Shown: positions 9,426-22,336, numbered from the stretch's first letter. The stretch is DNA of 64,000 nucleotides from Alphaproteobacteria bacterium (GCA_963422645.2 CAXXVO010000007.1:192001-256000), one strand, 5' to 3'. Numbers and translations: made by a program. The notes: generated by a model not told the origin, from the letters alone.

Positions 9426-11222
9426 GTGACAACGGATGCCGAGGACCATGCCCCGGCAGAACTGAGCGGGGCCGAGCTAGTCGTTCGCACGTTGGTCGAT
9501 CTCGGCGTAGATGTCGTGTTCGGCTATCCCGGCGGCGCGGTCCTGCCCATCTACGACGCCATATTCAAGCAGAACGAGCTGCGCCACATCCTGGTGCGGC
9601 ACGAGCAGGGTGCGGTCCATGCCGCCGAAGGCTATGCGCGCTCCACTGGCAAGGTCGGCACGGTGCTGGTCACCTCGGGCCCCGGCGCCACCAACAGCGT
9701 CACTGGCCTCACCGACGCGCTGATGGACAGCATCCCGGTCGTCTGCCTGACCGGGCAGGTGCCGACTCACATGATCGGCAACGATGCGTTTCAGGAAGCC
9801 GACACGGTGGGGATCACCCGGCCCTGCACCAAGCACAACTATCTGATCAAGGATGTCGACAACCTTTGCCAGGTGATCCGCGAGGCCTACTACATCGCGA
9901 GCGCCGGCCGGCCCGGCCCTGTGGTCGTGGACCTGCCGAAGGACGTGGTTATGGCCAAGGCGCCCTACGTCCCCAATGGGGAGGCGCCGGGCAACGGATT
10001 GGAGCATCGCTCCTACCGACCCCAGCGCGTGCCCAATGCCGATGCGGTCAAGCGCACGGTGGAGCTGCTGGCGCGCGCCAAGCGCCCGCTCTTCTATGCC
10101 GGGGGCGGCGTCATCAACGCCGGGCCCGACGCCGCGCAGAGCCTGTCAGCGCTGGTGCGGCGCACGGGTTATCCCATCACCAACACGCTGATGGGGCTCG
10201 GCTGCTATCCGGGGTCCGATCCCCTCTTCCTCGGCATGCTCGGCATGCACGGCACCTACGAAGCCAACATGGCGATGGCCAAGTGCGACCTGATGATCGC
10301 GGTGGGCGCGCGCTTCGATGATCGCGTCACCGGCCGGCTCGCCGATTTCTCGCGTGGCTCGACCAAGGTGCAGATCGACATCGACCCCTCGTCCATCAAC
10401 AAGAACGTGCCGGTGGACATTGCCATCATTGGCGATGCGGGCCTCGCGCTCGATGCCATCCTGGCCGAGTGGGGGGCGAGCGGCGCAGAACGCGACGCCG
10501 GGGCTTTGGCGGCGTGGTGGCGGCAGCTGGATGCGTGGCGCGGGCGCGACTGCCTGCGCTACAAGAACTCCAGCAACACCATCAAGCCGCAATACGCGCT
10601 GCAGCGGCTCTACGAGGCCACCAAGGGGCGGGACGCCTACTTCACCACCGAGGTGGGCCAGCACCAGATGTGGGCGGCGCAGTTCCTCAAGTTCGAGGAG
10701 CCCAACCGCTGGATGACTTCGGGCGGCCTCGGCACTATGGGCTATGGCTTTCCCGCCGCGATGGGCGTGCAGGTCGCCCATCCCGACTCGCTGGTTATCG
10801 ATGTTGCCGGCGAAGCCTCGCTGCTCATGGTGATCCAGGAACTCTCGACCATGGTGCAGTACCGGCTGCCGGTGAAGACCTTCCTGCTCAACAACGAGTA
10901 CATGGGCATGGTGCGCCAATGGCAGGAGTTCTTCCACGGCGGCCGCTACGCCGAGAGCTACATGGATTCGCTGCCCGATTTCGTGAAGCTGGCGGAATCG
11001 TTCGGGGCCACCGGGCTGCGCGCCCGCCGCCCTGAGGAGGTGGACGCCGTGATCGAGGCCATGATCGAGACGCCGGGTCCCGTGATCGCCGACATCCGCG
11101 TCGACAAGGAAGAGAACGTCTTTCCGATGATCCCGGCCGGCGCCGCGCACTACGAGATGAAGCTCGGGCCCGAGCACGGCGAGCTCGAAGAGCGCTCGGA
11201 AGACGGGATGGTGCTCGTCTAG
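9426..11222 (+). CDS. ilvB: Acetolactate synthase large subunit
   Basis: FGYPGGAVLP, RHEQGA, TSGPGATN, GQHQMW, SGGLGTMG; GTG9426 follows GGAGGGGAG. Confidence 0.95.
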   Translation: MTTDAEDHAPAELSGAELVVRTLVDLGVDVVFGYPGGAVLPIYDAIFKQNELRHILVRHEQGAVHAAEGYARSTGKVGTVLVTSGPGATNSVTGLTDALMDSIPVVCLTGQVPTHMIGNDAFQEADTVGITRPCTKHNYLIKDVDNLCQVIREAYYIASAGRPGPVVVDLPKDVVMAKAPYVPNGEAPGNGLEHRSYRPQRVPNADAVKRTVELLARAKRPLFYAGGGVINAGPDAAQSLSALVRRTGYPITNTLMGLGCYPGSDPLFLGMLGMHGTYEANMAMAKCDLMIAVGARFDDRVTGRLADFSRGSTKVQIDIDPSSINKNVPVDIAIIGDAGLALDAILAEWGASGAERDAGALAAWWRQLDAWRGRDCLRYKNSSNTIKPQYALQRLYEATKGRDAYFTTEVGQHQMWAAQFLKFEEPNRWMTSGGLGTMGYGFPAAMGVQVAHPDSLVIDVAGEASLLMVIQELSTMVQYRLPVKTFLLNNEYMGMVRQWQEFFHGGRYAESYMDSLPDFVKLAESFGATGLRARRPEEVDAVIEAMIETPGPVIADIRVDKEENVFPMIPAGAAHYEMKLGPEHGELEERSEDGMVLV

Positions 11223-11337
11223 GGCCCAGGACGCCGATCGAGCCGATTCATGACGCGAAACGCCAAGCCGCAGTCCGGCATGTCTGAGTGTCGGAACCGG
11301 CGCGACGCCCGCCTGTAGGCGACCGGAGGGAAGGGCC

Positions 11338-11844
11338 GTGACGGACGAGAGTGAGCGCCGCACGCTTTCCGTGCTCGTGGAGAACGAGCCCGGCGTGCTG
11401 GCGCGCGTCATCGGGCTGTTCTCGGGCCGCGGCTACAACATCGAGAGCCTGACCGTCGCCGAGGTCGAGCGCGACAAGCGCCTCTCGCGCATCAATCTCG
11501 TGACCTCGGGCTCGTCCATGGTGATCGAGCAGATCAAGGCACAGCTCGACCGGCTGGTGCCGATCCACAAGGTCTCCGACCTCGGCAGCGAGGGCCCCTA
11601 CATCGAGCGCGAGCTCGCGCTCATCAAGGTCGTCGCCACCGGCGAGAAGCGGGTCGAATCGCTCCGGATTGCGGACATCTTCCGCGCCCACGTGGTCGAC
11701 AGCGAAATCGATTCGTTCGTGTTCGAGATGACCGGAAAGGGCACCAAGATTGACGCCTTCATCCGGCTGATGACGCCGCTCGGGCTGACCGAGATATCGC
11801 GCACGGGCGTGGTCGCAATCACGCGCGGCAAGGGATCGATCTGA
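11338..11844 (+). CDS. ilvN: Acetolactate synthase small subunit
   Basis: VENEPGVLARV.GLFSGRGYNIESL ACT domain. Confidence 0.95.
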   Translation: MTDESERRTLSVLVENEPGVLARVIGLFSGRGYNIESLTVAEVERDKRLSRINLVTSGSSMVIEQIKAQLDRLVPIHKVSDLGSEGPYIERELALIKVVATGEKRVESLRIADIFRAHVVDSEIDSFVFEMTGKGTKIDAFIRLMTPLGLTEISRTGVVAITRGKGSI

Positions 11845-12906
<1,062 letters not shown>

Positions 12907-13066
12907 CGAGGCTTCGCGCGGGAACGGCACCGAGGCGAGGCCACAAATTCGTTGCTTCGCCCAACGGGTTGGGCGTACAAGTTTCCGAACCGAGGCGGCG
13001 AATCGATCTTGTGCCGCACCGGAGGGCTGCCTATGTCGTGCAAATGGGGTCGAGGGCTATGGTCCG

Positions 13067-13208
13067 ATGACGGTGCCTACGGAGACTAAGCCGGAGGGCA
13101 CGCACCAATTGCGCGATGCTGCAGTTGCGGCACATTCCACCCTACGCGGGCTTCGACTTAGCTGCCCCTGAGCGGTTCGCCGTGCGTGATCGGCCGACCG
13201 ACCAGGGG
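13067..13208 (+). promoter_or_regulatory. Putative leucine-responsive leader peptide and hairpin upstream of leuA
   Basis: Short ORF (ATG13067 or TTG13109 to TGA13171) ending ..TLRGLRLSCP with CTA/CTT/CTT codons; the stop overlaps hairpin CCCCTG(13165)..CAGGGG(13208). Confidence 0.55.
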
Positions 13209-13243
13209 AATGCGATGACTGTCGTAGCCGCCAGGGTGAAAGG

Positions 13244-14803
13244 ATGCCCGTTATGACCGAGACAGGGAACCGAGTCCGAATATTCGATACGACGATGCGC
13301 GATGGCGAGCAGTCGCCGGGCGCGTCGATGAATCTGGAGGAGAAACTCCGGATCGCCGAGATCCTCGAGGAGATGGGGGTCGACGTGATCGAGGCCGGCT
13401 TCCCCATCGCGTCAAACGGCGATTTCGAAGCTGTCCGCGAGGTCGCCAAGGTGGTGACCGAGAGCACAGTGTGCGGCCTGGCCCGCGCCGGGCGGCGGGA
13501 CATCGACCGCGCGGCCGATGCGCTTGCGCCTGCCAGGTCCGGCCGCATCCACACCTTCATCTCGACCAGCCCGCTCCACATGCGCGTCAAGCTGCAGATG
13601 GAACCTGAGGACGTGCATGCGGCGGTGATCGACAGCGTGAGCTACGCCCGCAAGTTCACCGACGACGTGGAGTGGTCCTGCGAGGACGGCTCGCGCACCG
13701 AGCACGACTTCCTCTGCCGCTGCGTCGAATCGGCGATCAAGGCCGGCGCCGGCACCATCAACATCCCCGACACCGTGGGCTACGCCGTGCCGCAAGAGTT
13801 CGCGGAGCTGATCGCCATGCTCTTCGACCGGGTGCCCAACATCGACAAGGCCGTGCTCTCGGTCCATTGTCACAACGACCTGGGCCTCGCCGTCGCCAAC
13901 TCGCTGAGCGCCGTGCAGGCCGGCGCGCGGCAGGTGGAATGCACCATCAACGGGCTCGGCGAGCGCGCCGGCAACGCCGCGATGGAAGAGATCGTCATGG
14001 CGCTCCGCACGCGCAACGACCTCATGAGCTACGAGACCGGCGTCAAGACCGAGAACATCATGCGCGCCTCGCGCCTGGTCTCGGCGGTGACGGGCTTCGT
14101 CGTGCAGCCGAACAAGGCGATCGTGGGCGCCAATGCCTTCGCCCACGAAGCGGGAATTCATCAGGACGGCGTCCTCAAGGACGCGCAGACTTACGAGATC
14201 ATGACGCCCGAATCGGTCGGCCTCATGCAGTCGACGCTCGTCATGGGCAAGCATTCGGGCCGGCACGCCTTCCGTGAGAAGCTGCGGAGCCTTGGCTACA
14301 CCGAGCTTGGCGATAATGCGCTTCAGGAAGCGTTCGTGCGTTTCAAGGACCTCGCCGACAACAAGAAAGAACTCTTCGACGAGGATATCATCGCGCTCGT
14401 GGACACTGAGGTGGCGGGCGCAAACGACCGCATCCGCTTCGGATCCCTCTCGGTGTCTTGCGGGTCGTCAGGACCGCAGGAGGCGTCTCTCACGCTTGCC
14501 ATCGACGGCGAGCAGGCAGAGGCACGCGCCAGCGGGAACGGCCCCGTGGATGCGGCTTTCAACGCCATCAAGGCGATTTACCCGCACGAAGCCAGGCTCC
14601 AGCTTTATCAGGTTCATGCGGTGACGGAGGGCACCGATGCCCAGGCCGAGGTGACCGTGCGGCTGGAGGAAAACGGGAGAACAGTGAACGGGCACAGTGC
14701 GCATATCGATACCATCGTGGCCTCGGTTCTGGCCTATGTGCACGCGCTCAACAAGCTTCTGGTCAAGCGGCAGAAGACGGCTCCGGAGGCGTTGTCAGCT
14801 TGA
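13244..14803 (+). CDS. leuA: 2-isopropylmalate synthase
   Basis: FDTTMRDGEQSPG, HCHNDLG, GERAGN, GKHSGRHA, C-terminal regulatory domain. Confidence 0.97.
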   Translation: MPVMTETGNRVRIFDTTMRDGEQSPGASMNLEEKLRIAEILEEMGVDVIEAGFPIASNGDFEAVREVAKVVTESTVCGLARAGRRDIDRAADALAPARSGRIHTFISTSPLHMRVKLQMEPEDVHAAVIDSVSYARKFTDDVEWSCEDGSRTEHDFLCRCVESAIKAGAGTINIPDTVGYAVPQEFAELIAMLFDRVPNIDKAVLSVHCHNDLGLAVANSLSAVQAGARQVECTINGLGERAGNAAMEEIVMALRTRNDLMSYETGVKTENIMRASRLVSAVTGFVVQPNKAIVGANAFAHEAGIHQDGVLKDAQTYEIMTPESVGLMQSTLVMGKHSGRHAFREKLRSLGYTELGDNALQEAFVRFKDLADNKKELFDEDIIALVDTEVAGANDRIRFGSLSVSCGSSGPQEASLTLAIDGEQAEARASGNGPVDAAFNAIKAIYPHEARLQLYQVHAVTEGTDAQAEVTVRLEENGRTVNGHSAHIDTIVASVLAYVHALNKLLVKRQKTAPEALSA

Positions 14804-14852
14804 ACGACGGGGTGGGCGTCGGCTGCTGCCTGACTGCCCCGCTGCCGTTTAG

Positions 14853-15908
<1,056 letters not shown>

Positions 15909-15964
15909 GTTTCCCGCTACGCGGGCCCGATTCGGAGTTCGCCGCGTACCGTATGGAGGTCTGA

Positions 15965-16846
15965 GTGAGGGTTGGCCGGGGGCGCAATCTTGTCCTGGCC
16001 GTGCCGGGCAGGGTCTTCGCCCAGCGCTTTGGCTACGCAATGCTGGCCTGCGCCGCGATCACCCTGATGATCCTGAGCCAGGCGGAACCGCGCGTGGTGG
16101 AGACGCTGCGCGTGGGCGTCGTCGATGCAGTGAGCCCAATTTTTGGCTTCTTCTCGCAGCCGGCGGCGACGATCGCCGGCGGGCTCAACGAGCTGGACGG
16201 CATCATGAGCGTTCACGAACGCAACGAGCAGCTGGCGCATGACAACGCCCAGCTCCGAAAGTGGCAGGCGGTGGCCGAGCAGCTGGGCTACGAGAACGAC
16301 GAGTTTCGCCGGCTCCTCAAGGTCGTGCCCGACCAGCGGGCGAGCTTCGTCACGGCCCGCGTGATCGCCGATTCGGGCGGACCCTTCATTCACATGGTCT
16401 TGGTCAATGCCGGCAAATCCCACGGCGTGCGCAAGGGCCAGGCGGTGGTCAACCACGACGGGCTGGTGGGACGTGTGTTGGAGGCCGGCCAGCACACGGC
16501 GCGCATCCTGCTGCTCACGGACTTAAACTCGCGGATTCCCGTGGTCCTTGAGGAGAGCCGGGACAGGACCATTCTGCGCGGCGACAACAGTCCGCATCCC
16601 TACCTGGCCTTCCTCGCGACAGACGCCAGGGTCAAGCCCGGCGATCGCATCGTGACCTCGGGCGAGGGCGGGATGTTCCCGCCGGCGCTCGATGTCGGGA
16701 TCGTCTCTGCGGTCGACAAGGACCGTGCGACCGTGCAGCCCTTCGTGGTCTGGGAGCGGCTCGATTTCGTCACCATCCTCGACTACGTGGTGCCGGGGGT
16801 CTTCCCCGAAACCCGCCGCGCCGAGCGTGCCGGGAGCCTCGAGTGA
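15965..16846 (+). CDS. mreC: Rod shape-determining protein MreC
   Basis: TM segment plus coiled coil, GLVGRV, TSGEGG.FP; synteny. Confidence 0.92.
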   Translation: MRVGRGRNLVLAVPGRVFAQRFGYAMLACAAITLMILSQAEPRVVETLRVGVVDAVSPIFGFFSQPAATIAGGLNELDGIMSVHERNEQLAHDNAQLRKWQAVAEQLGYENDEFRRLLKVVPDQRASFVTARVIADSGGPFIHMVLVNAGKSHGVRKGQAVVNHDGLVGRVLEAGQHTARILLLTDLNSRIPVVLEESRDRTILRGDNSPHPYLAFLATDARVKPGDRIVTSGEGGMFPPALDVGIVSAVDKDRATVQPFVVWERLDFVTILDYVVPGVFPETRRAERAGSLE

Positions 16847-17364
16847 TGGGTGACTGGCTGCAATGGGCCGACCGCTCGCTGCGTGGCGCGATCCCCGTCA
16901 CCGTCACCGTGATACTTGTCTTTGCGGCGTCGCTCCCTTGGCGATTGCCGGCATTCGTCGAGGTCACGCCGGCCTTCGCGGTGATGGCGGTCTTCTACTG
17001 GACCATCTACCGGCCGGAGCGGTTCCCCTATGCGGCGACCTTCGGCATCGGCGTGCTTCAGGATCTCCTCGCCGGCACGCCGCTCGGCATGACGGCGCTC
17101 GCGCTTCTCATCGTTCAGGGCATCGTCGCCTCGCAACGAACCTTCTTCCGGGGCAAGCCATTCCTCGTCATATGGTGGGGCTTCTCCCTGGTCATGCCTA
17201 CGGTAGGATTGCTCAGCTGGATCATCAGCTCGGCCTGCTTGGGCGCGCCGCTTGTGCCGCCGTTGCCCATCGTCGTGCAGGTCTTGCTCACGCTGCTGCT
17301 GTTCCCGGTGTTCGTGCTGTTCTTCCGCCCTCTCGGCGTCCTCGCCGCCGCCCGGCCTGAGTGA
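16843..17364 (+). CDS. mreD: Rod shape-determining protein MreD
   Basis: Hydrophobic, FYW..YRP and G..QDLL.G.PLG; synteny. Confidence 0.9.
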   Translation: MMGDWLQWADRSLRGAIPVTVTVILVFAASLPWRLPAFVEVTPAFAVMAVFYWTIYRPERFPYAATFGIGVLQDLLAGTPLGMTALALLIVQGIVASQRTFFRGKPFLVIWWGFSLVMPTVGLLSWIISSACLGAPLVPPLPIVVQVLLTLLLFPVFVLFFRPLGVLAAARPE

Positions 17365-17365
17365 C

Positions 17366-19249
17366 ATGCGGGGCGAAACCGGACGCGCCAACCTCTTCAC
17401 GCGTCGCGCGATTATCGTGGGCGGCGCACAGGCGCTGCTGACGGCCGGCCTCGCCGGACGCCTCTATCAGCTCCAGGTCGTCGACTCCGAGCGCTATCAG
17501 GTTCTCGCCGATGAGAACCGCATCAACATGCAGCTTCTGCCCCCCGCGCGCGGGCGCATCTTCGACCGCTTCGGCCAGGTCCTTGCCGAGAACCGGCTGA
17601 ACTATCGACTCATCGTGGTGCCTGAGGCGGCGTTGGACCTCGACAAGGCGCTCGACGAAATCGCGGCACTCGTACCGATCGAGGACCACGACCGCGAGCG
17701 GGTGCTGCGCGAAGCCCGGCGCAAGCAGCAATTCGTCCCCATTACGGTGCGAGAGCATTTGACCTGGGAGGAGGTCTCTCAGATCGAGGTCAACGCGCCC
17801 GATCTGCCCGGCGTGATGATCGACGTGGGCAGCCGCCGGCTCTACGCCTTCGGGCGCGATACGGTCCACATCGTCGGCTACGTCGGCGCAGTCAACGAAT
17901 CCGATTTGGAGTTGACGGACGATCCGCTGCTCACCCTCCCCGACTTCCGCATCGGCAAGAACGGTGCAGAAAAGGTGCTGGAGAGCTCGCTGCGGGGCGA
18001 AGCCGGCTCCCGGCAGGTCGAGGTGAACGCCTTCGGCCGAGTCATCCGTGAGCTCAATCGCAGGACCGGTCGGCCGGGCGACGACCAGATGTTGACCATC
18101 GACCTCGGGCTTCAGCAATACGTCGCGGCCCGTTTCGGAGACGAGAGCGGGTCGGCCGTGGTCCTCGATGTCCATTCGGGCGAAATCCTGGCGTTGGCAT
18201 CGATGCCGAGCTACGACCCCAACCTGTTCACCTCCGGCATCAGCCAGCGGCAATGGCGAGAGCTGATTGGCCATCCGCGCTTCCCGCTCAGCAACAAGGC
18301 GATCGCCGGCCAGTACTCGCCGGGCTCCACATTCAAGATGGTCGTGGCGCTGGCAGCTCTCGAAAGCGGCGAGTTGAGCCCCCATCACCGGTTCTACTGC
18401 AACGGATCGCTCAAGCTCGGGAAACGCCGGTTCCGCTGCTGGCGGCGCTATGGCCATGGGCATGTGGACATGGTGAAGGGCCTCAAGGAATCGTGCGACG
18501 TCTACTTCTACGAGGTGGCCAAGCGTGTCGGCATCGACCGCATTGCCACGATGTCGGAGCGCTTCGGTTTCGGCGAGAAACTCAACATCGAGCTGCCGGG
18601 GGAGAAGCCGGGCTTGGTGCCGACGCGCGAGTGGAAGCTCGCCATGATCGGCGAGCCCTGGCAGGGCGGCGAGACGCTGGTCGTCGGCATCGGCCAGGGC
18701 TACCTGCTCACCACGCCGCTGCAGCTCGCAGTGATGGTCGCGCGCATTGCCAACGGAGGCATCGCGGTCGAGCCCCGCATCCTGGCGGAGGTGATCCGCG
18801 AGGGGCAGCCGATTCAACAGGAGCGCGAGAACTTTGCGCCGATGGGCATTTCGCCCACCCACTTCAATATCGTCCGTGAGGGCATGCTGAAGGTGGTGAA
18901 CGATCCCAAGGGCACCGCCTATGGAGCGCGCATCGAGGAGCCGGCGCTTGCCATGGCCGGCAAGACAGGGAGCGTGCAGGTGCGGCGGATCTCCGAACGC
19001 GAGCACCGCGCGGGGGTGATAAGGAACGAAGACCGCCCGTGGGAGGAGCGCGACCACGCACTGTTCGTCGCCTACGCGCCATTGGAGCGGCCGCGCTACG
19101 GTGTCGCCGTCGTCGTGGAACACGGGGGCAGCGGCGGCTCCGTGGCGGCACCGATCGCCCGCGATATCCTACGCGAAGTGCAACGTCGTGACCCCTCGGC
19201 CCGCGCCCGCAATCTCGAGGCGATGACCCGACCGCACGAGACCGCCTGA
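17366..19249 (+). CDS. mrdA: Penicillin-binding protein 2
   Basis: SxxK (STFK), SCD and KTG motifs; start ATG17366. Confidence 0.95.
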   Translation: MRGETGRANLFTRRAIIVGGAQALLTAGLAGRLYQLQVVDSERYQVLADENRINMQLLPPARGRIFDRFGQVLAENRLNYRLIVVPEAALDLDKALDEIAALVPIEDHDRERVLREARRKQQFVPITVREHLTWEEVSQIEVNAPDLPGVMIDVGSRRLYAFGRDTVHIVGYVGAVNESDLELTDDPLLTLPDFRIGKNGAEKVLESSLRGEAGSRQVEVNAFGRVIRELNRRTGRPGDDQMLTIDLGLQQYVAARFGDESGSAVVLDVHSGEILALASMPSYDPNLFTSGISQRQWRELIGHPRFPLSNKAIAGQYSPGSTFKMVVALAALESGELSPHHRFYCNGSLKLGKRRFRCWRRYGHGHVDMVKGLKESCDVYFYEVAKRVGIDRIATMSERFGFGEKLNIELPGEKPGLVPTREWKLAMIGEPWQGGETLVVGIGQGYLLTTPLQLAVMVARIANGGIAVEPRILAEVIREGQPIQQERENFAPMGISPTHFNIVREGMLKVVNDPKGTAYGARIEEPALAMAGKTGSVQVRRISEREHRAGVIRNEDRPWEERDHALFVAYAPLERPRYGVAVVVEHGGSGGSVAAPIARDILREVQRRDPSARARNLEAMTRPHETA

Positions 19250-20397
19250 TGGCTCATCTGAATATCGGCAGCCGTCAGGGCTTTCGCATTGCCGAGAGGT
19301 TGCTCAGGCTCGACTGGTTCCTGATCGTGCTCGTCTGCACCATCGGAGCGGTCGGCATCGGCATGCTGATTTCCGCCTCGGGCGGTTCCACAGAGCCCTG
19401 GGCCTCGCGCCAGATGGTGTGGTTCGGTGCAGGCCTCCTGGTGATGATCGCGGTGGCGCTGATCGACATCGGCTTCTGGCTGCGCGCGGCGTACACGATT
19501 TACGGCCTGGCGTTCGCCCTGCTGATGGGTGTGGATCTGCTCGGCGCGGCAGGGAAGGGGGCGCAGCGTTGGATCGACCTGGGTGTGATCCAGCTTCAGC
19601 CGTCCGAGCTGATGAAGATCGCGCTGATCCTGGCGCTCGCTCGCTACTTCCACGGCGTCCCCCTGGATGGGCTCGGGCGTATCCGCACCTACCTCCCGCC
19701 GCTACTAATGATTCTCGCACCGGCCGCGCTGATCCTGCGCCAGCCCGATCTGGGCACCGCGCTGCTGCTCGCCATCGGCGGCGGGATCATGCTGTTCCTG
19801 GCCGGAATCAAGGCGTGGAAGATCGGTGTGGGCATTGCTCTCGCGCTCGGCTCAGGGCCCGTCGCTTGGCAGTTCCTGCACGAGTATCAAAAGGCGCGCA
19901 TTCTCACGTTCTTCAACCCCGAGGCGGACCCGCTCGGCGCGGGTTATCACATCCTGCAGTCGAAGATCGCGCTCGGCTCCGGCGGCCTGTTCGGCAAGGG
20001 ATACCTTCAGGGAACCCAAAGCCACCTCAACTTCCTGCCGGAGAAGCAGACCGATTTCATCTTCACGATGATGGCGGAGGAGCTGGGCTTCTTTGGCGTC
20101 GCCGGTGTGCTCCTGCTCTACCTCGGGATTGCCACCTACGGCGTAGTGATCTCGGCCCGAAGCAACAACCATTTCGGCCGTCTGCTGGGCATGGGCATCA
20201 CGGTCACGTTCTTCTTCCACGTGTTCTTCAATGTCGCGATGGTGATCGGACTGATCCCTATCGTCGGCCTGCCGCTGCCCCTGATCTCCTACGGTGGCAG
20301 CGCCATGCTGAGCCTGATGCTGGGACTCGGGCTGCTGCTTTGCGTCGGCGTTCACCGCGACGTCATCATCACGCGCCGCCCCGGTTCAGCCGGGTAA
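19249..20397 (+). CDS. rodA: Rod shape-determining SEDS protein RodA
   Basis: GAQRWI, QPSE, QPDLGT, LPEKQTDFIF, ISYGGS. Confidence 0.95.
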   Translation: MAHLNIGSRQGFRIAERLLRLDWFLIVLVCTIGAVGIGMLISASGGSTEPWASRQMVWFGAGLLVMIAVALIDIGFWLRAAYTIYGLAFALLMGVDLLGAAGKGAQRWIDLGVIQLQPSELMKIALILALARYFHGVPLDGLGRIRTYLPPLLMILAPAALILRQPDLGTALLLAIGGGIMLFLAGIKAWKIGVGIALALGSGPVAWQFLHEYQKARILTFFNPEADPLGAGYHILQSKIALGSGGLFGKGYLQGTQSHLNFLPEKQTDFIFTMMAEELGFFGVAGVLLLYLGIATYGVVISARSNNHFGRLLGMGITVTFFFHVFFNVAMVIGLIPIVGLPLPLISYGGSAMLSLMLGLGLLLCVGVHRDVIITRRPGSAG

Positions 20398-20414
20398 GGG
20401 ACCGGATCGCTGGC

Positions 20415-21215
20415 TCAGACGATCGTCGCTTCCACGGCCCCCAGCCCCTCGATCTCGTAGACGAAGCGAACCCCCTCATCGGGGAACCGCGTTGCGAGCG
20501 TGCTGCCGGTCATCACAATCATGCCGCCTTTCAGCGTCAACCCGCGCGAGGCGAGCTGGTTGGCGAGCCAGACAAGAGAGTTCAGCGGGTTCCCCATGGC
20601 GGCGCCCGTGACCGCTGCAGCCGGCGGGGCGTCGTTGACCCTGAGTGAGACCGGCGTGTCGGCGAGGTCGAGCGAGTGCCAATCGGTGCTGGGCGGCCCC
20701 AGGACCACACCGGCGCACCAGGAATTATCCACGAGGATGGAGAGCGCGTCGACGTCGCCGTGGTCGGCATTGCGATCCTCGATCAGCTCGAAGGCCGGCA
20801 TGCAGGCGGCGACGCGGGCGCGCGCGTCGTCGAGGGCGAACGGCGCGTCCTCAGGCCGGAACTCGCTTCCGATCTCTACCGCAAGCTCGAACTCGATCCC
20901 GAGGTGGGTGTAGTCCGCGAGTGCGATCCGAGCGGGCGAGCGGTGCACCCCGGTATCGAACACCACACCGCTGATCGGCTGATCGCTCCCGTACATCGTC
21001 TGGATGGCCTCGGAGGTGAGGCCCACCTTGTAGCCGGCAGGCGCACCCCTCCCGGCCTCTGCGAATCGCCGGTTGAGGAGGTTCTGGACGCGGTATCCCT
21101 CGTCCAGGGACGCCGGTCGGTCGGCGCCCCGCGGGCGGCGGAACGGGCGGCCTTCGACGTTCTCGGCGAAAAGCCTATCGGCGAGCGCTGCCGCCCGATC
21201 ATGACTGTCGGTCAT
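20415..21215 (-). CDS. 2-keto-4-pentenoate hydratase-like (FAH superfamily)
   Basis: GYKVGLTS, IEFELA, AFELIE.R, GNPLN, MTGS. Confidence 0.8.
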   Translation of the reverse strand: MTDSHDRAAALADRLFAENVEGRPFRRPRGADRPASLDEGYRVQNLLNRRFAEAGRGAPAGYKVGLTSEAIQTMYGSDQPISGVVFDTGVHRSPARIALADYTHLGIEFELAVEIGSEFRPEDAPFALDDARARVAACMPAFELIEDRNADHGDVDALSILVDNSWCAGVVLGPPSTDWHSLDLADTPVSLRVNDAPPAAAVTGAAMGNPLNSLVWLANQLASRGLTLKGGMIVMTGSTLATRFPDEGVRFVYEIEGLGAVEATIV

Positions 21216-21262
21216 GCATGGTCTCCCTCAGGCGATGAGCGCACAGGGAGCCCTGGCCCCGC

Positions 21263-22201
21263 TCAGGCGGGCGGGACCAGGGTGAGCCAGCGGTGATCGT
21301 CGTTGGAGCGGCCGCTCACGATCTCGGAGAAGCGCCGCTGGATCCGCCGCGTGACCGGGCCGATCCCGCCGGGTCCGATGGTGATCCGGTCGACGGAGCG
21401 GATCGGCGTGATCTCCGCCGCGGTGCCGGAGAAGAACAGCTCGTCCGCGCAATAGAGCAGCTCGCGGGGCATCGGGCATTCGCGCACCGGCACGTCGAGG
21501 TCGGCGGCGATGGTGAGAACCGCGTTCCGCGTGATGCCGGAGAGGTTGCTGCCGTCAATCGGCGGCGTCAGCAGGGCGCCGTCCATCACCGCGAAGAGAT
21601 TCTGGCCGCTGCCCTCGCTGATCTGCCCGTCGTGGGTTAGCGCGATCGCTTCGACGAAGCCGTTGGCCATCGCCTCCAGCTTGATGAGCTGCGCGTTGTT
21701 GTAGTGCCCAGTCGCCTTGGCCATGCCGGGGAAGGTGTTGGGCGCGGCGCGGCTCCACGAGGAGACACAGACGTCGACGCCCCGCTCCAGGGCGTCTGCA
21801 CCAAGATAGGCGCCCCACTCCCAGGCCGGAATACAAGTCTCGATCGGGCTGCCGATGCCGTCCATCCCGATGGCGCCGTAACCGCGCATGATTACCGGGC
21901 GGATGTAGCAGTGGCGGAGCCCGTTGCGCCCTATCAGGGCGAAGCAGGCCTCAGTCAGCTCCTCGTCGCTGTAGCCTATCTCCATGCGATAGATCCGGGC
22001 GGAATTGCGCAGCCGCTTCAGATGCTCGGCCAAGCGGAAGACGGCGGGGCCGCCGGTGGTGTCGTAGCAGCGGATGCCCTCGAAGACCGAGGAGCCGAAC
22101 TGAACGGCGGTGGCCAGGATATGAACCGTGGCGTCCTGCCAACGGACGAATTCCCCGTCGCGCCAGATCCACTCGGTCTCCTTGAATGTCGTGCTCATCA
22201 T
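21263..22201 (-). CDS. ilvE: Branched-chain amino acid aminotransferase (class IV)
   Basis: VFEGIRCY, YIRP, AKATG.Y, SEGSGQN, GITR, GTAAEITP; start at 22201 or 22198. Confidence 0.85.
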   Translation of the reverse strand: MMSTTFKETEWIWRDGEFVRWQDATVHILATAVQFGSSVFEGIRCYDTTGGPAVFRLAEHLKRLRNSARIYRMEIGYSDEELTEACFALIGRNGLRHCYIRPVIMRGYGAIGMDGIGSPIETCIPAWEWGAYLGADALERGVDVCVSSWSRAAPNTFPGMAKATGHYNNAQLIKLEAMANGFVEAIALTHDGQISEGSGQNLFAVMDGALLTPPIDGSNLSGITRNAVLTIAADLDVPVRECPMPRELLYCADELFFSGTAAEITPIRSVDRITIGPGGIGPVTRRIQRRFSEIVSGRSNDDHRWLTLVPPA

Positions 22202-22336
22202 CTCTCCGGCAGGCTCGAGGGGCGTGCGGGCGGGGATGTTAGTGGAGCAGGGGCCGCGCGGCCATCCTTGTTGCATCCTCTGTCGGTGCCGGTCGCACAC
22301 CACCGACCTCCATCGCTCTCAGGCGAGGCATAATGT

